A DNA stretch of 64,000 bases from a bacterium (GTDB taxonomy: Bacteria; SAR324; XYD2-FULL-50-16). Location: assembly GCA_024275165.1 (NCBI GenBank), contig JAJRZQ010000025.1, forward strand, positions 50,519 to 114,518, in the 5' to 3' direction. Position numbers and translations under genes: made by a program. Position 1 is the stretch's first letter, and each line of letters begins with the position of its first letter. Below are positions 59,648 through 64,000 of the stretch, piece by piece. Under the pieces are notes generated by a model. It searched no databases. It saw only the letters and a program-made list of their open reading frames with translations, and was not told the DNA's origin.

Positions 59648-60583
59648 TTAACCTCGATAGCTTTTTCCCTGCCAACTTTGGGCTTTTTTGAGGTTGTTTA
59701 AAATATAGTTCTGGGTTTTGCGTTTTTCCAAACACCAATTGGGGGCAACGAGCTGAGCGGGGTCTTCTACGCTGGCGGCGAGCCGTTGCACGGCGATCTC
59801 CGGATTGAGCCCCTCTAAAAAGAACTTCACCTTGTCGGTATAAACTTCCAGGTTATCGGGGGTAAATTCCCCTTGTTGGTACATCTCTGCTAAAGGGGTG
59901 CCGGTCAAGACATGCAGGTTATGCAGCTTCACACTCTCTAAGGGGAGGCCGTTGCAAATCTCTGCCGCCTCTCGCACCTCCTTGAAGTCTTCATTGGGAA
60001 AGCCAAAAATCAGGTGAACCCCGACCTCGACCCCGGCCTCTTCCCTTAACCGCGTCACCGCGTCCAAGCTGGCTTGGGCACTGTGCCCCCGTTTGAGCCA
60101 AGCTACCCGGCCCTCTCTAAAGGACTGGGCGCCGATTTCAATGGAGAGGTAGGCCTGCTCGGCGATGCGGCGAAAAAGCGGAAAAATCCCCTTGGGTAAA
60201 CAATCGGGCCTGGTGCCGATCACCAGCCCCTTTACCCCGGGCTGGCTGAGCGCGTCCATGAGGTTTTTTTCCAAATGCCGCAAGCGACCAAAGGTGCTGG
60301 TATAGGGCTGAAAATAGACCAAAAAGGCGTCAATGCCCATTTTATCGCGCATTCGTTTTGTATTAACGCGAATCTGGGTTTCCAAAGATTGCCCATAGAT
60401 CACCTGCTGCCCCCCGGCGCCCCAATCGTCGCAAAAAATACAGACTTCTTTCGCCTCTCTGACCGGGCAGGTCTCGCTGATCTGTACCGAGATTTTACGC
60501 ACCTTTTGCCCAAAGCGCTTGCGATAATACTGCCCAATGGAATAATAGGGTAGGCCGCCTTCAAAAACCACGGTAGGCCCCAT
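59648..60583 (-). CDS. TIGR01212/YhcC-family radical SAM protein
   Basis: TCP......CIFC, YFQPYTST, IGTRPDC, GVHLIFGFP, VKLHNLHV..GT, VQRL. Confidence 0.88.
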   Translation of the reverse strand: MGPTVVFEGGLPYYSIGQYYRKRFGQKVRKISVQISETCPVREAKEVCIFCDDWGAGGQQVIYGQSLETQIRVNTKRMRDKMGIDAFLVYFQPYTSTFGRLRHLEKNLMDALSQPGVKGLVIGTRPDCLPKGIFPLFRRIAEQAYLSIEIGAQSFREGRVAWLKRGHSAQASLDAVTRLREEAGVEVGVHLIFGFPNEDFKEVREAAEICNGLPLESVKLHNLHVLTGTPLAEMYQQGEFTPDNLEVYTDKVKFFLEGLNPEIAVQRLAASVEDPAQLVAPNWCLEKRKTQNYILNNLKKAQSWQGKSYRG

Positions 60584-61952
60584 GTTCTCTGCGTTTTTTG
60601 CTGGTGTAGATCTCGGTGGTGCCGAGGGTGACCAATTCGTATAAAATAGCTTGCTTGCCGGTTTGGGGCCGCAAGATACGGCCTAGGCGCTGTACATGCT
60701 CGCGGGTCGTGCTGCTGCCCGAAACCACAATGGCCACCCCTGCCTCGGGGACATCCACCCCTTCGTTCAATACTCGAGAATTCACCAAGTAGGGCCAACG
60801 ACCAGAACGAAAGTGAGCTAAAATCTTCTTGCGCTCCTTGGCTTTGGTTTCGTGGGTGATCAAGGGCAATAAAAAAAGGGAAGCGATTTTTAAAGCGGTT
60901 TTATTGTCTTGGGTAAAAATCAATATTCGGTCTTGTTTGTGTTGGTGCAACAGGGCGGCGATTTGTTCCAGCTTCGCCCCAGAACTGGTTGAAATCTCTT
61001 TTTGACGGCGAAAGGCCTGTAAGGCTTCCCTTCCTTCGGGGCTGCGATAGGCGCGCGTGACAAAGCGTTCCCAGGCACCGGGAAAGGAAAAATTTTCCCC
61101 CCGCTCATCGCGAAAAGCGAGGTAGATGCCCCTGGCGTATTCATACTCCTCTCGTTCTTCTTCGTTCAGTTCGACCTCCACCACGCGCGTCTCATAGGGG
61201 GCCAAATATTGACCGCTCATCTGCTGAATCTGCTGCTGGTACACCAAGGGGCCGCAGACCTCGTTCAACAAAAGCAACCGGTCGGCCTCTTCATTGGGAG
61301 TGGCGGTCAGCCCTAAGCGATAGGGGGCTAAGTAACTGCGGGCCATTTCTCCATAACCGGGGGCAGGCAAATGGTGGCACTCGTCGAAAACCAAAAGGCC
61401 AAATCGCCTCCCCAACGATTCGGCGTGAATCCTCGCGGAGTCATAGGTGGAAACGGTGAGAGGTAAAATCTCCTTCGCTCCCCCACCCAACAAACCCACC
61501 GGTTGCTTAAATTGCTCGCTCAAAATCCTTTGCCATTGTAAAATAAGATCAATCGTGGGGGCCAAAACCAAGGTGGAGCGTCCTATTTTTTCCATCACCA
61601 TGGCGGCCAAATAACTCTTTCCCGAGCCGGTGGGCAATACGCAAACCCCTCTTTTAGCCTTTTGCCAAGCCTTTAAGGCGGCAAGCTGATAGGCATGAGG
61701 GGGAAAGGGGTTGTGCAGTTTTAAGTTGAGATGAGCATAGTTTGGCGCGGAATCTGAATAGCTTAGCCTGTTTCGATGCAGATAACGAATCAACTCGCGA
61801 TATTGGTAGGCGTGAGCTAGATATAGCCCTTGCCGATCATCCCAAGTTAGAAAAGAAAACTCCTGGGGTAAGGGTTTGCGCCCAGAAAAATCAACCTGGA
61901 GGCTACCTGCGGCAAAGGTGATGGTGGGAGCAGTCCAGTTTGAAAAAACCAT
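60561..61952 (-). CDS. SF2 helicase, XPB/Rad25-like (DEAD/DEAH-box)
   Basis: LPTGSGKS, DECHH, GLTATP, VLNEGVDVPEA, QRLGRILR. Confidence 0.88.
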   Translation of the reverse strand: MVFSNWTAPTITFAAGSLQVDFSGRKPLPQEFSFLTWDDRQGLYLAHAYQYRELIRYLHRNRLSYSDSAPNYAHLNLKLHNPFPPHAYQLAALKAWQKAKRGVCVLPTGSGKSYLAAMVMEKIGRSTLVLAPTIDLILQWQRILSEQFKQPVGLLGGGAKEILPLTVSTYDSARIHAESLGRRFGLLVFDECHHLPAPGYGEMARSYLAPYRLGLTATPNEEADRLLLLNEVCGPLVYQQQIQQMSGQYLAPYETRVVEVELNEEEREEYEYARGIYLAFRDERGENFSFPGAWERFVTRAYRSPEGREALQAFRRQKEISTSSGAKLEQIAALLHQHKQDRILIFTQDNKTALKIASLFLLPLITHETKAKERKKILAHFRSGRWPYLVNSRVLNEGVDVPEAGVAIVVSGSSTTREHVQRLGRILRPQTGKQAILYELVTLGTTEIYTSKKRREHGAYRGF

Positions 61953-61961
61953 GAGCGGTCA

Positions 61962-62168
61962 ATGGAAAAAAAAGATAAAAACACCGTCCCCCATGAGGCG
62001 ATTTTACTCAGTAAATTGATTACCGAACAACGCAGCATAAAGATCACCTTTCCCGATGGGGAGTACTTGATTGATCAGCTCCGATGGCATACCGTAAATC
62101 AACTGGGCCTCGTCTCGGGAAAAGTCGTCAATAAACAGGCGATTAAATATTGGGAGCCTGTCATATAG
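61962..62168 (+). CDS. Hfq/Sm-like small protein, cyanobacterial-type
   Basis: 68 aa: helix LLSKLITEQ, Sm1-like IKITFPDGEYL..QLRW, Sm2-like VVNKQAIKYWEP. Confidence 0.55.
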   Translation: MEKKDKNTVPHEAILLSKLITEQRSIKITFPDGEYLIDQLRWHTVNQLGLVSGKVVNKQAIKYWEPVI

Positions 62169-62206
62169 GCTACCCCAAGCACAACACCTTGAAAAGCCGT
62201 TTCCCC

Positions 62207-63862
62207 ATGTCTAGGCTGAAAAAAACAAAATATTCCAAAAGCACTTTTGAGGTTTTAACCGCAGAAGAACAGGCAGAGATGCGAACTCGGCCTAGGCTGG
62301 TTGAAAAAACCTCCTTCAGGGCTAAGCTTAATGAATGGTTTATGCCCACCAGCCTGCTCTTAGGCTTTACCTTGGCCTTTTATCTGTTGCAGGTGACCTT
62401 GAGCGTGGGGTGGTCGAACCCCTTTGCGCTCCTTTCCCGCTCCTTGGGGGTCACCTTAGAGAACATGGACAACGCCACGAGCTTTTTTGTGGAGGCTTCG
62501 GCGGCGATCTTAGGCATTGTCATCACCGTGGTCGCGATTGTGCTGCAATTGGCGGCGCAGCGCTATGGCGCGCGCTTGGTTGATTTGTTTTTGGCCGACT
62601 CGATCAATCGGATTTATTTCTTTTATATGGTTTCGGCGTTGCTGTACGCGATCATGACCGCCTTTAGCCCCAAAGAGGGGTTCTTTCCCCAATACGCTAT
62701 CGAAACCTTGCTCTTTGGCACCTTGGTGGAAATCGCCCTGTTGGCGCCTTACTTTCTTTATATGTTTCGCTTTTTGACCCCCACCAATCTGCTCAGCGCG
62801 ATTCAGGAGTCCAACCAAGAAGCAATGAAAAAAGCCTGCGCCGCCACCAATCAAACTGAATTGAGGAAGCTGCAACTCGAATCGGGTCGAACCATTGAAC
62901 AGGTCACCGATACCGCCCTTTCGGCGACCAGTCAGATGGATCGAAATTTAGGCCTCATGGCGATCAATCAGATTCGAGAAATCGGGATGGACTATTTGGA
63001 GATGAAAAACAAACTCCCCGAAGAATGGTTTGCCATTGGCCCCGAGATGTTTATTGGAATCAGTTCGGAGTTTTATAAAGAAATCTGTGAAAAAAAACTT
63101 TGGTTCGAAGCCAAAGCCTTCATGGATATGGAGCTGATTTATAAATCCTCCATTCGTACCATGCCCGACGCGGTCTCCGCCATTGCTTACAATATTCGGG
63201 TGTTGGGCCTTGAGGCCATGAAAATCAAAGACGATGATTTATTAGACCTCGTGGTTCAATTCTTAAATACCTTTATCCGCATCAGCCTCAATGAAAAAAA
63301 TGTCCGGGCTATTTTCAATCTCTTTTACCAATATCGGCTTTTGGCAGAAGAAATCTTCATCTATAACCCGGAAATGTCGCAAAAAATTCTCTTTTATTTT
63401 AAATATTACGGGGAAACCTGTTTGCAGCAAGGCCTTTTTTTCGTCATGTATACCGCTGCCTACGACATGGAGACCATGGTAGCCGCCGCTTTTGACCGAG
63501 AAGCCACCAATATAAAAGAATTGCTTTTGATTTTTTTAGGGCTCGAAGATAATGTGGATCGAAAAAAGGATGTTTTCGCTTTTACGGGGATTCGCAAAGC
63601 GCAGCTTATTTTGGCGACTTATTTTTACTCCAAGGGAGACCGAGAACTGATCCAATTGATTCTAAACGACCTGAAATCAGAAACCGTAGAGCAGTTGACG
63701 GCTTGGCGCGATGGCCTGCTCGCCGTGCAAAGTCGAAAATTTTGGGAAGTCACGGATCGGGGGGTTAATTTAGAATATATCGACTTGGAACAAAAAAAAC
63801 AATTGAAGCTCTTTTATAATGAATTTATTCTAGCCCATGCAGATCAATTTAAGAGTTCGTAA
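62207..63862 (+). CDS. DUF2254-like predicted membrane protein
   Basis: About four N-terminal TM helices (AILGIVITVVAIVLQLAAQRYGARLVDLF) followed by a long helical cytoplasmic region. Confidence 0.7.
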   Translation: MSRLKKTKYSKSTFEVLTAEEQAEMRTRPRLVEKTSFRAKLNEWFMPTSLLLGFTLAFYLLQVTLSVGWSNPFALLSRSLGVTLENMDNATSFFVEASAAILGIVITVVAIVLQLAAQRYGARLVDLFLADSINRIYFFYMVSALLYAIMTAFSPKEGFFPQYAIETLLFGTLVEIALLAPYFLYMFRFLTPTNLLSAIQESNQEAMKKACAATNQTELRKLQLESGRTIEQVTDTALSATSQMDRNLGLMAINQIREIGMDYLEMKNKLPEEWFAIGPEMFIGISSEFYKEICEKKLWFEAKAFMDMELIYKSSIRTMPDAVSAIAYNIRVLGLEAMKIKDDDLLDLVVQFLNTFIRISLNEKNVRAIFNLFYQYRLLAEEIFIYNPEMSQKILFYFKYYGETCLQQGLFFVMYTAAYDMETMVAAAFDREATNIKELLLIFLGLEDNVDRKKDVFAFTGIRKAQLILATYFYSKGDRELIQLILNDLKSETVEQLTAWRDGLLAVQSRKFWEVTDRGVNLEYIDLEQKKQLKLFYNEFILAHADQFKSS

Positions 63863-64000
63863 AATACTGACCCGGTTGTCGCTCACAGCAGGGCTGATCG
63901 GGGCCTTGAGCGGCGTTCTTTTGGCGGCCCCCAACCCTTATGAGTCCGCTATCATCAAAAAGCAGGTGCAAGCTTCCTTTCGCATTTTTATCGACATGTG
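63837..64000 (+). CDS. Exported hypothetical protein (partial, runs off the window edge)
   Basis: Manual translation MQINLRVRKILTRLSLTAGLIGALSGVLLAAPNPYESAIIKKQVQASFRIFIDM...; signal-peptide-like; open to the end of the window. Confidence 0.5.
   Translation, partial: MQINLRVRKILTRLSLTAGLIGALSGVLLAAPNPYESAIIKKQVQASFRIFIDM

Overview
Bacterial chromosomal segment of about 50% GC, densely coding and mostly housekeeping (trmB, murF, dinB, cmk, dxs, pgm, pilD, ilvE, nth, PBP1A, proB, scpB, lpxL-lptC-lptA, tyrS, aroK, mfd, guaB). The gene content suggests a Gram-negative, possibly deltaproteobacterial-like lineage (inference only). No rRNA, tRNA, CRISPR array or mobile element was seen. The most notable locus is at the left end: a five-gene minus-strand operon (CuA subunit II, heme-copper oxidase subunit I with Asn in place of the cross-linked Tyr, SCO, CtaG-like membrane protein, HPP-family protein) divergent from an NsrR-type Rrf2 regulator. 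The shared intergenic region holds a near-perfect NsrR box, an FNR/DNR-like box and a perfect NsrR half-site. This looks like an NO-inducible sNOR-type nitric oxide reductase module with a possible nitrite transporter. Other items of note: a membrane-anchored beta-propeller/TPR protein with a cytoplasmic J domain, a fungal Hom3-like aspartokinase, a Cus-type Cu/Ag efflux operon with YtkA/FixH-like Met-rich domains and an in-frame TAG in cusA, a YbaK-family gene with an in-frame TAA, a cyanobacterial-type Hfq-like protein, and a structured 580-bp intergenic region containing a 6S-RNA-like rod. All family assignments come from motif recognition by eye; no database search was run.
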